Below are positions 1 through 13,580 of a stretch of 64,000 bases of DNA, piece by piece (the first letter of the stretch is position 1; every line of letters begins with the position of its first letter). The notes under the pieces were generated by a model. It did no database searches, was not told where the DNA came from, and worked only from the letters and a program-made list of their open reading frames with translations. The stretch is from Octopus sinensis (lineage: Eukaryota), in NCBI RefSeq assembly GCF_006345805.1, contig NC_043012.1, forward strand, positions 33,728,001-33,792,000, in the 5' to 3' direction. Position numbers and translations under genes: made by a program.

Positions 1-178
1 GCGATTTATATTTTATAAATAGACTGGTAAGGATTTCAAACTTTGGCTCAAGGCCAGAAATTTACGTTGAATCAATTCACCATTGCTTAGTTTATCAATC
101 TCGCTGGCAAAGTCCGTCTTGGTGGCATTTTGGGCTCGGAATCTAAAGAGACACCCTGAGGTCTGCCATCTGCAGCCC

Positions 179-180
<2 letters not shown>

Positions 181-211
<31 letters not shown>

Positions 212-231
212 TAATAATAATAATAATAATA

Positions 232-272
<41 letters not shown>

Positions 273-283
273 AATAATAATAA

Positions 284-353
<70 letters not shown>

Positions 354-437
354 TATAATAATAATAATAATGATGATGATGATGATGATGATGATAATAA
401 TAATAATAATAACAGCTACAATAATAATAATAATAAT
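181..437. repeat. (AAT)n/(GAT)n microsatellite
   Basis: Pure triplet runs; source of the poly-M/I ORF. Confidence 0.97.
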
Positions 438-985
438 GCAGTACTAGGCAGTGGCTCTCATGGCTTCTGATCTTAACTGGTTGGAAGTGTTATCATGTAC
501 ATTGTTTTGTCTTGGTATAAAAGATGGGCTACAGCAAATATTCTGCTCAATACCACAGATTTGTATGTCACTTGTTTGACCGTAACCAGTTGAGCATGTC
601 CCTTAGTGGCTGACGATATGTGCATCTCTGACCATGAGCAGAAGTAGTGGGGGAGCATCATAGCCATGTGTTGAGAGGGAGTCTTTGGGGTTTGAATAAT
701 TCACCTCTGGGTGCTTCGTTCAACATCCTTAAACAACCCTTATTCAGGGACATCTTGAGCGGGATGGGCTACTCGACCGGAAGAACATTCTAACTGGGCC
801 CCATCTGCAAGGTCATGTGCTGTTTATCTTGATATGAGATCACCATGTCGCGCACATATGATTGTGATGCATGTCTCTGGTGTACCCTTATCAGACGGGT
901 AGTCATGATAGGTATACTGGGCCTCGTATATTTCACCCCAGTGTCACTTTAATGGCATGCACTGCTCTTTCACTCAATCATGATC
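438..985 (-). mobile_element. Interspersed repeat embedded in (AAT)n, probably the 3' region of a microsatellite-targeting non-LTR element
   Basis: Complex 550-bp block bounded by triplet repeats; family assignment from recall only. Confidence 0.4.
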
Positions 986-989
986 ATTA

Positions 990-1150
990 TCATCATCATC
1001 GTTTAGCGTCCGCTTTCCATGCTAGAATGGGTTGGACGGTTCGACCGGGGTCTGGGAAGGCAGATGGCTGCACCAGGCTCCAGTCTGATCTGGCAGTGTT
1101 TCTACGGCTGGATGCCCTTCCTAACGCCAACCATTCCGTGAGTGTAGTGC
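990..1150 (-). mobile_element. SINE/RTE-tail fragment with (GAT)n tail
   Basis: Minus strand has ggttggcgttaggaagggcatccagccgtagaaa core-like motif and ends in gatgatgatg. Confidence 0.5.
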
Positions 1151-1892
1151 CAACCACTCAATAATAGTGCCAACCACTCAATAATAATAATAATACATTC
1201 GTCGGCCACAACGCGCTATACGAAAGAATGATGAAATATATGGTGATGTGTGTGTATCTGTGTGTTTGTGTGTGTGTGTGTGAGCGCGCGTGTGTGTGAG
1301 CGCGCGTGTGTATGAGCGCGCGTGTGTGTGCGCGTGTGTAGTGTTAGGTACTCGTTTCTTCGAAGTTGTACCGTTAAAACTGCTTTTTCTAGGCAATGGT
1401 TGTAATATGAAATTCTATCTATTACATATATTTTTACTTAGCTACGTATTGTAGTTCAGTTTAGGTGCAGGAGATAGCAGTAAATACAGGTGTAATAAGA
1501 AGAGAAGGATGGGGGATGGTAAAGTATAGACTGAACGATCAGAAGAGAGGAAATAGGGTGCGGTTAATGTATGTGCTGCGAGTTAATTCAAGCGTGGAGT
1601 AAATAACATTCCTATTGTATTAATATATTTCGAGTAAAGTTCACCAGTGATAATAGGAAGTGACTGACTGCTACTTATCTTTTGTATTTGCTTAAAGAGG
1701 ATGATGTAAACAAACACAGTATAATGGAAGAGTTTGGGGGCCAAAGATATTCAGCTTTGGGAGTTTGCGCTCGAGAACTGTTTAGGTTTATAATATCATA
1801 TTGAACTTTGATCGCGGTGACTGCAAGAAAAAATGAGTTTTGAATTTCTATTCACTAATTGTGTATAATATCCCGCACTTTTCTGATGTACA

Positions 1893-2272
1893 ACTCTTTT
1901 ACTTGTTTCAGTACCGGAGCACCGCCTTTAGTCGAGCAAATCGACCCCCAGGACTTATTTTTTGTAAGCCTAGTACTTATTCCATCGGTCTCTTTTGCCG
2001 AACCGCTATGTGACGGGGACGTAAACACACCAGCATCGGTTGTCAAGCGATGTTGGGGGTACAAACACAGACACACAAACATATACACACACATACATAT
2101 ATAAATACATATATACGACGGGCTTCTTTCAGTTTCCGTCTACCAAATTACTCACGAGGCTTTGGTCGGCCTGAGGGTATAGTAGAAGACACTTGCCCAA
2201 GGTGCCACGCAGTGGGACTGAACCCAGAACCATGTGGTTGGTAAGCAAGCTACTTACCACACAGCCACTCCT
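1893..2272 (-). mobile_element. tRNA-derived SINE, family A
   Basis: A-box tggctgtgtggta, B-box-like gggttcagtccc, central (TA/TG)n, (aaaagagt)n tail; more than 12 copies in window. Confidence 0.9.
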
Positions 2273-2482
2273 AGCAAGTTCTTTTTTTTTTCGTTTGCTT
2301 CTTCATAGAATCTTTGATAAAATGATAAAATTTATGTTAGTCTTTGCGCTGTCATACCCATTTTAATAGAGAGGTACTAACTTTTTTTATTTTTGTGATT
2401 GAATAAAATGTTATGTTGACAATATTTTTGTTTAAGGATATTCGCATTTAAACCAATATAGGGTTTAGTATTAAACAGTATT

Positions 2483-2712
2483 GGCGAGCTGGCAGAATCG
2501 TTAGCACGTCGGGCGAAATGCTTAGCGGTATTTCGGCTGCCGTTACGTTGTGAGTTCAAATTCCGCCGAGGTCGACTTCGCCTTTCATCCTTTCGGGGTC
2601 GATAAATTAAGTACCAGTTACGCACTGGGGTCGATATAATCGACTTAATACCTATGTCTGTCCATGTTTGTCCCTTCTATGTTTAGCCCCTTGTGGGTAA
2701 TAAAGAAATAAG
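2483..2712 (+). mobile_element. tRNA-derived SINE, family B (Meta/MESC-like core)
   Basis: ggcgagctggcagaatcgttagc head, gagttcaaattcc B-box, cctttcatcctttcggggtcgataaattaagtacc core; at least 7 copies. Confidence 0.85.
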
Positions 2713-3202
2713 TATTAACAATAACCTTGTCTTCACAGCAATCTTTCCCCTTCGAGAGGGATTAAGTTGCGATGAAGACGTTTTTAGATACGTTTTTAGC
2801 TTTTTGCATTTGCAGAGGCGATTATTTGTGCACCTGGTGAGTAGCTTGATATAATTCAACCATATTTCTAAAATATTTATCAGTGAATGACAGATTTCAA
2901 ATAATCAGTTGGAAACGTGGAGACTGAAAGATTCGCTACACCAAATGCCTGATCTTTTTTGGTTTCTTTTTTTCTTAATTTGCTTTTGGTGTGTATTTTG
3001 TATTCTTTAATTCTGTCTGAGAACGCTTCATTACCATAGTGATCTGATTAGTTGGATACTTTTTTCGTAAGAAGATAAAGTTGAAATTCCTATAGGAACA
3101 TTTCTAACAAAATTCGTTTAAGATATGTTTAGAGTGAGTAGTTTATTATATTTATATTAAAAAGTTCTTCATTGTATTTTTTATATGAACAAAATGTGTT
3201 AA

Positions 3203-4119
3203 CGAATATATCTGGTGTTACTTTTTATATGCTGTTTACCTACAATATTGAACTTTAAGTAATCTATTTGTTCATTGGTGATAGAGAATCGTATTTCTTA
3301 TAATCAGCCCATCATCTCGGTGTAAGCCTCTTTTTATGGAAGTGGGATATAGGCCCACTAAATTGCACATGCATACACACGTTCATTGATCCACAAACCA
3401 TAACACACACACATACACACATACACACATACGCACACACAGTGGAGGCGCGCGGCTTAGTGGCTAGGGTGTTGGACTCATGATCTTAAGATTGTGGTTT
3501 CAATTCCTGAACCGGGCGTTCTGTTGTGTTCTTGAGCAAAACACTTCATTTCACGTTGCTCCAGTCCACTGAGCTTGCAAAAATTAGTAATCCTATGACG
3601 GACCGGTGCCCCGTCAAGATGGGGAATATATACGCTATGAAACCAGGAAACAGGCCTTTATGAGTCGGTACGACTCGTGAAGGTAACTTTAACTCTACAC
3701 ACACACACACACGTACACACACGCACACACGTGCGCGCGCAAACACACACAAAACTGTTATTTTCACTAGTATAACTGTCAATATCTTGACGCCGTTGTT
3801 TCATTGTCTACATTACTTTTCGAATCTTCTACAGCAGGCTGAAACACAAACTCCTCCAAACAATCAACACCAGCAAGATCATCAAGAAAGCCACTAAGTG
3901 CTCATTCGATATTAAAGAAATGGTTGTCAAATCTCTCTCAAATCCTCCGCTAGTGTTATCGAATATATCTGGTGTTACTTTTTATATGCTGTTTACCTAC
4001 AATATTGAACTTTAAGTAATCTATTTGTTCATTGGTGATAGAGAATCGTATTTCTTATAATCAGCCCATCATCTCGGTGTAAGCCTCTTTTTATGGAAGT
4101 GGGATATAAGCCCACTAAA
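3203..4119 (+). repeat. 160-bp direct duplication (3203-3362 and 3960-4119)
   Basis: One mismatch seen by eye (taggccc vs taagccc). Confidence 0.92.
3442..3694 (+). mobile_element. tRNA-derived SINE, family C (short form)
   Basis: gtggaggcgc...tagtggctagggtg...ggtttcaattcc tRNA-like head shared with 16549 and 18233 copies. Confidence 0.8.
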
Positions 4120-5358
4120 CTGGAATGCTTTTGACCATAGGCCTACTCAATCAGATCGACTGAAATAAAACAGCCACAACACTAACAGCAACGGGACACA
4201 ATCAAGTAGAGTCGCCAGTGTCACTCTACAAGAAATAACAACCAAATTCCTTTGATTCACACCCTGTCATCTAACAAAGATGGATGTGCACATGTGCGTA
4301 TGATTGTGCATGTTTGTTAACATAGTGTATGTGAGTTGATGTGTGCGTATGTATAAGAGGTCCAATGTAGTTCTACATATGGAAGACGGGATGGTCATGT
4401 TTGGAATCTGTTTGAATATGGGCTTCCACAAATAGGACTGAGCTGGGACTACACAACAAGATCACATTTCACCGGTAACAATACTAACACCATTAAAGAA
4501 TACCGACAACATAAACAGTAACGATCAAAACAACAAAATCATCATCATCATTGGTCGAGACAATGGAATTTACTATGTTACGCCAGACTTCACGGTCCAT
4601 CATAGCATTACGGAGGTCCTGTTGCTGGATGCCTGTATCCTTGGAGATTACATCAAGGTAGGAGGTCAGGTCAGGTTCGATGTATGCAGCATCGGATCCT
4701 GCTACTGGTAAACTGTAAACCAGTACAACCTGTGTCAGTGGGGTAGAAAGGGCTCCTTAGCCGTAGTGAAGGCAATCTGTCTAGGGAGACAACCTTACAA
4801 TAAATCACTCGGTCCGTAGCTTAGAAATACTGGGTTGACGTCCAGCGGGAACAGCTTTGTTTCATGGAGGAGGAAAGACCTTCTTTAGTACTTGGTTGTA
4901 CAATGCTTTCCAATGTGTGTAGTAGTGGCGCGCGCACACATTATTAGCCATTTGAAAAGATTATGGAATTTGCAACAAATCAACCACGACGATGCAAGGA
5001 GGAAACCATTATATGGTCACTCGAAGTAGCAAATAAAATATTAAAACCATTCTGAACTTGCTTTAAAAGTGAAGGATACATTTCTTGAGATGAGATAAAC
5101 ATGGATGGCACTTTTGATGAAAAGTTGACTTGATTAAAGATGACCTGGTGTTAAACAACAACAGCAGCAAATTCAGGAAACAGTAAAGCGACTTCTTTTA
5201 TGTAGTCACTCAACCTGCTAGAAACAGCAGCTAAATCTCACTAGAATGTCATAAATATTACCAAAGGGGTGGCAATGTCCATAGCTGAAAACAGTTTTGA
5301 TGGTTAGAGGAAAGTTGCTGGATCGAAGTTAAACTGAGGCAAAGTAACAGAAACAACA

Positions 5359-5759
5359 GCGGAGGCGCAATGGCCCAGTGGTTAGGTCAGCGGACTCGCG
5401 GTCGGAGGATCGCAGTTTCGATTCCCAGACCGGGCGTTGTGTGTGTTTACTGAGCGAAAACAGCTAAAGCTCCACGAGACTCCGGCAGTGGGTGGTGGCG
5501 ACCCCTGTTGTACTCTTTCGCTCCAACTTTCTCTCACTCTTTCTTCCTGTTTCTTGTCCCCGACTTCCTACGCAACCGCTGAGCCTGGATGCGCATTCAT
5601 CCATCCGTCGATGCTTTCGGTGTCGGGGGTTGACCTGCTTTCTCTTCTGCGGGTCTTACGAATAGCAAAGGACCACGTTTCGGACTTCTCCCGAAGCGCG
5701 ATCTTGCGAGCTCTGGGACGATGACCGCTTCGGTCAACAAACAAACAAACAAACAAACA
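5359..5759 (+). mobile_element. SINE family C, long form with GC-rich tail and (CAAA)n end
   Basis: tRNA-like head; near-identical reverse copy at 42508-42890. Confidence 0.88.
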
Positions 5760-6214
5760 GCAACAGCAACAATATCAACCAGCAAAGCATTGTAAGCAGG
5801 GGAAGACCATTCCCCCCGTCTCCACCCAGCTTCACTTCAGGCCTCATTTCATTTAGCAAATTTTTATATTCATAACCTGTCTTGTGACCAACTTGAGCTC
5901 TGACATATATAAGTTTTACAGGTATCTGCCTCTCCAATTGTCTAATGCTCACACGCTCCCTTGCCTCCCACCACTACCTCTGTCTGTATCTTTCTCTGTG
6001 TGCCTGTCTGTCTGTTTGTCCTCTATCTCTCCCCTCTCTTTTACACACTCTCTCTATCTTTCTTTCTCTCTCTCTCTTTCTCACTCACTCGCTTTCTCCC
6101 CTTAACTCTTCTAATCTTATATATATTGAAATAAGGTATTACAAATAAATGAAAAAAAAAAACTTCTGATATTCAAAAGCGAATATATTTTATACTTTGT
6201 TTGGTCTGATTGTT

Positions 6215-6465
6215 CACACACACACACGCACACGCACACACACACTCACACACACACACACACACACAACACACACACACACACACACACAAACGCTCAC
6301 ACACAAGTATATACATACTCATACACTACACCCCGCATGAATAGACATATGCATAAACATACATGCACACATCCCATCCAGACACACACACACACACACA
6401 CATACATATGCATACATGTATGTATGTATAAGTACATATATGTATATATATATATACATACATAT

Positions 6466-6523
<58 letters not shown>

Positions 6524-6563
6524 TATATATATATGTATACATATACATATATATACGTATATA

Positions 6564-6607
<44 letters not shown>

Positions 6608-6850
6608 AATATATATATATATGTATATATATATATATGAATGATCACACACAATTATACATACATGAATAGATAAATGCATAAACATTAATGTTCATAC
6701 AATGTTCGTACATATACATAACCACTTACTTGTGCATATATACATATATACATATATGTATATATGTTTATATGCGTGTGCACATATACACATACATACA
6801 TCCGTACACATACACATACATACATACATACGTAGATACATACACGTACA
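6215..6850. repeat. Compound (CA)n/(TA)n/(TACA)n microsatellite
   Basis: Direct reading. Confidence 0.95.
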
Positions 6851-7029
6851 CCATGGTGATGACCAAATCGTCCTAGTTATTGGTAACAATCAATAATCGA
6901 TTTCATCCTTGCAACCATCACAACGGTTGTAGACTTCAGCTTAAATGTCAAACTATCACGGTTTCTATCTAACACTAATTAGCTACCTGTTGCCATGCGC
7001 AAACCACAATATCACTATTTTTTTTTTTT

Positions 7030-7397
7030 TTGTTCTTTCGTTGGTGGTGGTGGTGGTGGTGGTAGTGGCGGTGGCGATGGTGTAGCTAGTGTTACTGCTC
7101 TTGTAGTTGTTATTGTTGTTGTTGTTGTTGTTGCGCTATTACTGTTTTTACTGTTTTGTTGTGGCTGGATTTGTTGATGTTGTTCTATTTATTGTAGATC
7201 CTGTTGTTGGTTTTGTTGCTGTTGTTGTTGTGGTTTTTGTTGCTTTTTGTTGTTTTGTTATTGTTATTGTTGTCTTCTCTGCCATTGTTATTCAGTAGCC
7301 ACAGTAGCGATAGTGGAGGTGGTGGTGGTGGTGGCGGCGGCGGCGGCGGCGGTGGTGGTGGCGGTGGTGGTGGTGGTGGTGGTGGTGGTGGTGGTGG

Positions 7398-7438
<41 letters not shown>

Positions 7439-7455
7439 GTGCTGCTGGTGGTATG
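7030..7455. repeat. (GGT)/(TGT)/(GGC)/(GCT) triplet repeats
   Basis: Direct reading. Confidence 0.95.
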
Positions 7456-7756
7456 TAACCAACCGCTGGAATGGTTTGGGAATGATCCAAAGACCAATCT
7501 TACCGGAAATGCCATGTTTCGGTCTGATCTGGAGATAACCTCACTGCCTTGTACACAATACTATACACCACCGCCATCTACAGGCCATATACACACACAC
7601 ACACTCAGTATCATAAACAACTACCATGTACAGGCAAAATAACACACACACACACCACACACACATCTCAATATTATATAGCGTTACTTTGTACAGGCCT
7701 TATTGCAACAAATACACACACACATACACACACAATATTATATACCATTGTAAGGT

Positions 7757-7930
7757 AGAGATCTGGCAGAATCGTTAACACACTGGACAAAATGCTCAGC
7801 GGCATTTCGTCTGTCCTTACGTTCTGAGTTCAAATTCCGCCGTGGTCGACTTTACCGTTCATCCTTTCGAGATCAATAAAATAAGTACCTGTTGAACAAT
7901 GGGGTCGATGTAATGAACTTACCCCCTCGC
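7757..7930 (+). mobile_element. SINE family B, degenerate and 3'-truncated
   Basis: ctggcagaatcgttaac...gagttcaaattccgcc. Confidence 0.8.
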
Positions 7931-7954
7931 CTTAAATTACATTGGTTTCAAATT

Positions 7955-8115
7955 TTGACAAAACAAACAGATGTATTAGTATAACGCTCAGGAATAGAAA
8001 AAGTCTTTTACGTTTCGACCCTACACGCTTCTACAGAAAGGGACACAGAAAAAAACAAGGAGAGAAAAAAAAGGAGAGAAACAATGTGTGTAGTGGCTAA
8101 CGATCTATCATGGCG
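7955..8115 (-). mobile_element. PLE-type terminal fragment with degenerate minimal hammerhead (8005-8040)
   Basis: Homologous to 24140-24320; stem II disrupted. Confidence 0.55.
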
Positions 8116-8715
8116 ACTTATATCTAGTACTTCTATTCAAAAATTAAAAATAACATGACAGTTTCTACGGAGTCGCCCTAGGAATAGCAACCAAATCCTC
8201 CTCAAATCACAACCTTGCATTTTAGAAATGAAAACATTACATGTGTCCCTTATTTCTCTGCAAATAGTAAAGTCGAGATGGTCACATCTGGAATGCTATT
8301 GATCATAGGTCTACCCGATCAGCATGATCTGGGACCAAATAAAGACCATAACAAGGAAAAACTAGAACGACAGCAAAACAAAGATCAACAGTTATAACTG
8401 TATCACCAATACGCTGTAACCGTTAGCACACATGCACGCTGTTTCTTCTTACCCTCAATTCTACCGCAAATAGGAAAGCCTTTTGCTCCTCTAAGCCAAA
8501 TTGCTTCCATACTATTCCGGCCTGGCCGATATAAATACACATATCAACCAGTATGATACAGACTAGCAGACCGATACTTCGAAGTCACAGTCCTCACTCT
8601 TTTTCTAAGAGTATATAAAATATGCACACTTCAAACATACTGAGTAATTCTTTAGTTTAAAGTAAAATTCTTTTTATTCACCACTGATAATGTTCTCATA
8701 TCTCTGTCATTTCCA

Positions 8716-8875
8716 GCAGGAGCGGATGTGGCTGTCTGGTAAGAAGTTAACCACATGTTTCCGGGTTCAGTCCCACTGCATGGTGCCTTGTGCAAGCGCC
8801 TTCTGCTACAGCCTGGGGCCAATCAAAGCCTTGTGAGTGAATTTCGTAGGCAGAAGTTGAAGAAAGTCAGACGCT

Positions 8876-8914
<39 letters not shown>

Positions 8915-9100
8915 ACCAAATCTTGGCAACCAGTGTTGGGATATTTACGTTCCTGTAACCCAGAAGTTCGGCAAAAACAACCCATAGAATAAGTACCAGG
9001 CCTTAAAAAACATGTACTGAGGTCGATTCGATCGACTAAAACTTCTCTAGAGCGGTGCCCCAGCATGACCACAGTGTAATGACTGACACAAGAAACGATA
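8716..9100 (+). mobile_element. SINE family A, diverged
   Basis: Head, core and tail align with other copies. Confidence 0.85.
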
Positions 9101-9190
9101 AAAGATATACAATATAACAGCAAACATTACTATACATCACCCCCACCTGCATGTGCTTAATAAATAGGGACTCACGCATCAACTAAATAT

Positions 9191-9790
9191 CTATTTCTTT
9201 ACTACCCACAAGGAGCTAAACACAAAGGAGACAAACAAGGACAGATACACGGATTAAGTCGATTATATCGACCCCAGTGCGTAACTGGTATTTATTTAAT
9301 CGACCCCGAAAGGATGAAAGGCAAAGTCGACCTCAGCAGAATTTGAACTCAGAACGTAACGGCAGACGAAATACCTGTTTCTTTACTACCCACAAGGGGC
9401 TAAACATAGAGGGGACAAACAAGGACAGATACACGGATTAAGTCGATTATATCGACCCCAGTGCGTAACTGGTATTTATTTAATCGACCTCGAAAGGATG
9501 AAAGGCAAAGTCGACCTCGGCAGAATTTGAACTCAGAACGTAACGGCAGACGAAATACCTGTTTCTTTACTACCCACAAGGGGCTAAACATAGAGGGGAC
9601 AAACAAGGACAGACAAACGGATTAAGTCGATTATATCGACCCCAGTGCGTAACTGGTACTTATTTAATCGACTCCGAAAGGATGAAAGGCAAAGTCGACC
9701 TCGGTGGAATTTGAACTCAGAACGTGGCGGCAGACGAAATACTGCAAAGCATTTCGCCCGGCGTGCTAACGATTCTGCCAGCTCGCCGCC
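9191..9790 (-). mobile_element. SINE family B with body repeated three times (184-bp period)
   Basis: tttctttactacccacaag at 9194, 9378, 9562; one complete head at 9750-9790. Confidence 0.92.
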
Positions 9791-10009
9791 TTCATCAACT
9801 AAATATGAACCGCATCAAACTCACCGTTATACAAAACACCGACAAAAGTCACGGACATTGTCTCCCCTCCTCCTCCTCCTGACTAAAAAGGGCCCCATAT
9901 AGCAATGAAAAGCTGAACCATAAGAACATATAGCACAACCTTCCAGTGATCACCTTATTCTTATATCGATCTCTGATTGTTGATTTGCCCAGCAGCGTCT
10001 GTGACACAC

Positions 10010-10135
10010 GCGGTTGTTAGTGTTGTTGAATGGAAGTGGTGCTAGTGGTGGTAGTGGAGGTGTTGGTGCTGCGGTTGTTGCTGCTGTTGCTGATGATGAT
10101 GATGCTACTGTTGATACTGCTGATGATGATGATGA

Positions 10136-10166
<31 letters not shown>

Positions 10167-10700
10167 AGTGATGATGGTGGTGGTGGTGGTGGTGATAGTG
10201 GTGGTGGTGATGATGAGGGTGATGGTGGTGGTGGCAGTGGTGGTGACGATGATGATGATGATGATGATGATGATGGTGGTGGTGACGATGGTGATGATGA
10301 TGATGGTGGTGATTGATGTTTGATTTAAGATTCCTTTTTGATGGTAGGGGTGACGTTGATGTTGATGATGGTGGTGGAGGAGGATCATAAAGGTGAGTGC
10401 GACGATGACAAACGTGACAATGATGGCGTCGAGGCTGGTGGTGGTGCTGTGCTGCTGCTGCTGACGATGATGACGACGATAGTAATAACAATGATGGCGG
10501 CGGCGGTGGTGGTGGTGGTGGTGATGGTGGTGGTTGTGGTGGTGGTAGCGTTGGTGGTGGCGGCGGCGGCGGCGGCGGCGGTGTGGTGGTGGTTGGTGGT
10601 GGTGGTGGTGGTGGTAGTGTTGGTGGTGGCGGCGGCGGCGGCGGGCGGCGGTGGTGGTGGTGGTGGTGGTGGTGGTGGTGGTGGTGGTGGTGGTAGTGTT

Positions 10701-10733
<33 letters not shown>

Positions 10734-10790
10734 CGGCGGTGGTGGTGGTGGTGGTTGGTTGGTGGTGGTGGTGGTGGTGGTGGTAGTGTT

Positions 10791-10822
<32 letters not shown>

Positions 10823-11050
10823 TGGTGGTGGTGGTGGTGGTGGTGGGGTGGTGGTGGTGGTAGTGTTGGTGGTGGCGGCGGCGGCGGCGGCGGCCGGCGG
10901 TGGTGGTGGTGGTGGTGGTGGTGGTGGTGGTGGTGGTGGTAGTGTTGGTGGTGGCGGCGGCGGCGGCGGCGGTGGTGGTGGTGGTGGTGGTGGTGGGGTG
11001 GTGGTGGTGGTGGTGGTAGTGTTGGTGGTGGCGGCGGCGGTGTTGGTGGT
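10010..11050. repeat. (GAT)/(GGT)/(GGC) triplet array with higher-order 69-90 bp units
   Basis: agtgttggtggtggcggc marker at 10616, 10695, 10785, 10862, 10941, 11018 and variant at 10547. Confidence 0.93.
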
Positions 11051-11629
11051 GGTGTGTGTTTATGTGGCGTAAATTGTGGAAATGACAGCCTGCGGCAGCG
11101 AGGTGGTGATTGTTGGGGGTTGGGGGTTCTAATCTGGTTGGACATTTGACATTGAGGCCAAAGGAAGATTATGTTTAAAAGGAGGGGGGGAGAGAAAAGC
11201 AGCATTTTAGTGCAGCTACCTGCTACCACTGATGCTGGTGGACATGCTGGTGAGGATGACGACAACCACGACGACGACGATGACAATGATGATGACGACG
11301 ACGTGATGATGGCGATGAGGATGCTGACGACGGCGACGATGATTGCCATCACTATAAGCCCATTATTATACAAGACATGTTAAGAATCATTCTTTTTGCT
11401 AAGTCATCAATAATCATTTTATTCCTGATAAGAAAAAAAAAATTTTTTCGTTTTGTTTTTTTTTGTTTTTTTTGTATATTTTCTTTTCAGGTAACGGAGG
11501 GGGGTCGGGACGGGGGTGGGGGAGAGGTGTAAAGGATTTTCTCTTTTTTTTCTTTTTGTTAAACTTGTTTTTGCTTTTATGGAGGCTGGTGTTAAATCAT
11601 TATCTTCATCACATTAACATCATCTTTAT

Positions 11630-12293
11630 CTCACCGCCATCATCATCATCATCATCGTTGCATTATTGCTATTGTTGTTGTTGTTGCTGCTGCTGCTGTT
11701 GTTATTGTTGTTATTGTTGTCGTTGTTGTTGCTGCTGCTGCTATTGCTGTTGTTGTTGTTGCTGCTGTTGTTATTGCTGTTATTGTTGTTATTGTTGTCG
11801 TCCTTTTAAGAATACGATTCCAGATATTTATTTTGGATTAATTCTGAATTGTTCAGAAACAATTCTTTGCATTTTCTCTTATGTTTTATTTATTTATGCA
11901 TTTATTTAATTCTTCATTTGGCGACGGGCGGGAGGGGGGGGCATTGTGAAGGGGAAGATGAAGTTGGTTCAATTTTCTTTCATCATTATTTTTTATCATT
12001 ATTATTATTATTGTTATTATTATTTTATTATTATTATTATTATTATTATGTTATTATTATTATTATTATTATATTTATTATTATTTTTTATTATTTATTA
12101 TTATTATATTATTATTATTATGATTATTATTATTATTTGTATTATTATTTATATTATTATTATTATTATTATATTATTATTTATTATTATTTTTATTATT
12201 ATTATTTTATTATTATTTTATTATTATTATTATTTTATTATTATTATTATTTATTATTATTATTATTTATTATTATATTATTATTTATTATTA

Positions 12294-12327
<34 letters not shown>

Positions 12328-12375
12328 TTATTATTATTTATTATATTATTATTATTATATTATTATTATTATTAT

Positions 12376-12421
<46 letters not shown>

Positions 12422-12465
12422 TTATTATTATTTATTATTATTATTATTATATTATTTTATTATTA

Positions 12466-12507
<42 letters not shown>

Positions 12508-12580
12508 TTATTATTATTAATATTATTATTTATTATTATTATTTATATTATTATTATCATTATTATTATTATTATTTTTT
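11630..12580. repeat. (TGT/TGC)n then long degenerate (TAT)n
   Basis: Direct reading. Confidence 0.95.
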
Positions 12581-13211
12581 ATTTCAATTTTCTTCATCAA
12601 AATGCATCAACATTGATGATAACAGCAGCAACAATAACAACAACAACAACAACAACACTCGACTACAATAACAACAAAGATGACGTGGGGGTGGGGGTGG
12701 GGATTATTGCGTTACGAGAGAAAGATATTAATGAGGAAAGAAGAAAGAGAATATAGATGACTGAAGGAAGAACAGGAAGAGGAGGAGGAGAAGGAAGAGG
12801 AGAAGAGGAAAAGAAGAGTTAGAGAAAAAAGTATGGCAAAGACATACAAGAAACAAAAGATTCCTTTACACCCACATACAAACACCTACTGAACGCGGGC
12901 CCGCACACACACACCCACGAACGCGCGCACGCGCACACACACACGTCTTGGTTTTATGGTAAAACTGCTTTTTTTAGTTTCGCCTCCTGAGAGTTTTGTG
13001 TTGGCTCGACTGCTAACTAATCGGGAAACATGTTTAAAATTCTCTTTTTGCCAGACTGTTCTGACGAACCTGAAATGGAGCGAAACACGCAGCCCAAAAT
13101 CGCGAGATTCCGTTTGATATTTTATTTAATATTTCGTCATATAAATTGTGTTGATAACCCAATACCTTTAACTGTACACACACGCATACACACACACACA
13201 CATACACATAC

Positions 13212-13580
13212 ATTCAATTCAATTTTTATTGGCTCAAAAAGCAAAAGCAAGGCCATGTAGGGGGACAGTGAGTTATGTACAGGGAGGGTGGTCATACGAA
13301 GAGTTCAGGCCATTTCTGGTCATGAGAGACTTTGAACCAAGCGGTTGTCGGCATCTTCACTATCTCGTCCGGCAGCTTATTCCACGGATCCGCAACCCGG
13401 ACGGAGAAAGCCCTTCTCCTTCGATTGAGATGAAATCGTCGTAGATAGAGCTTTTCGGAGTGACCCCGCAGCCGACGCTCAGGAGCAGGAGTGAAGAACA
13501 GCTCTTTCGAGAGGTTACACTTTCCGCTTATGATGTTGTGAGCGAGAATGAGATCACCACAGCGTCGTCGTTTTTCGAGA
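13212..13580 (-). mobile_element. CR1/L2-group LINE 3' end (ORF2 C-terminus, UTR, ttgaa tail)
   Basis: RRRAFSVRVADPWNKLPDEIV...FKVSHDQKW matches the CR1-type R..FS.RV...WN.LP...V....FK..LD motif. Confidence 0.85.

Noticed and set aside
1893-2272. tRNA genes at SINE heads
   Set aside because: A/B-box-like heads run into SINE cores; no full cloverleaf
10105-11373. 422-aa Pro/His-rich ORF and overlapping Gly/Val ORFs
   Set aside because: Open in several frames because triplet repeats lack stops; no domain or splice support
13060-13105. HHR-like CTGACGA...GAAAC
   Set aside because: No UH site or stem I in register
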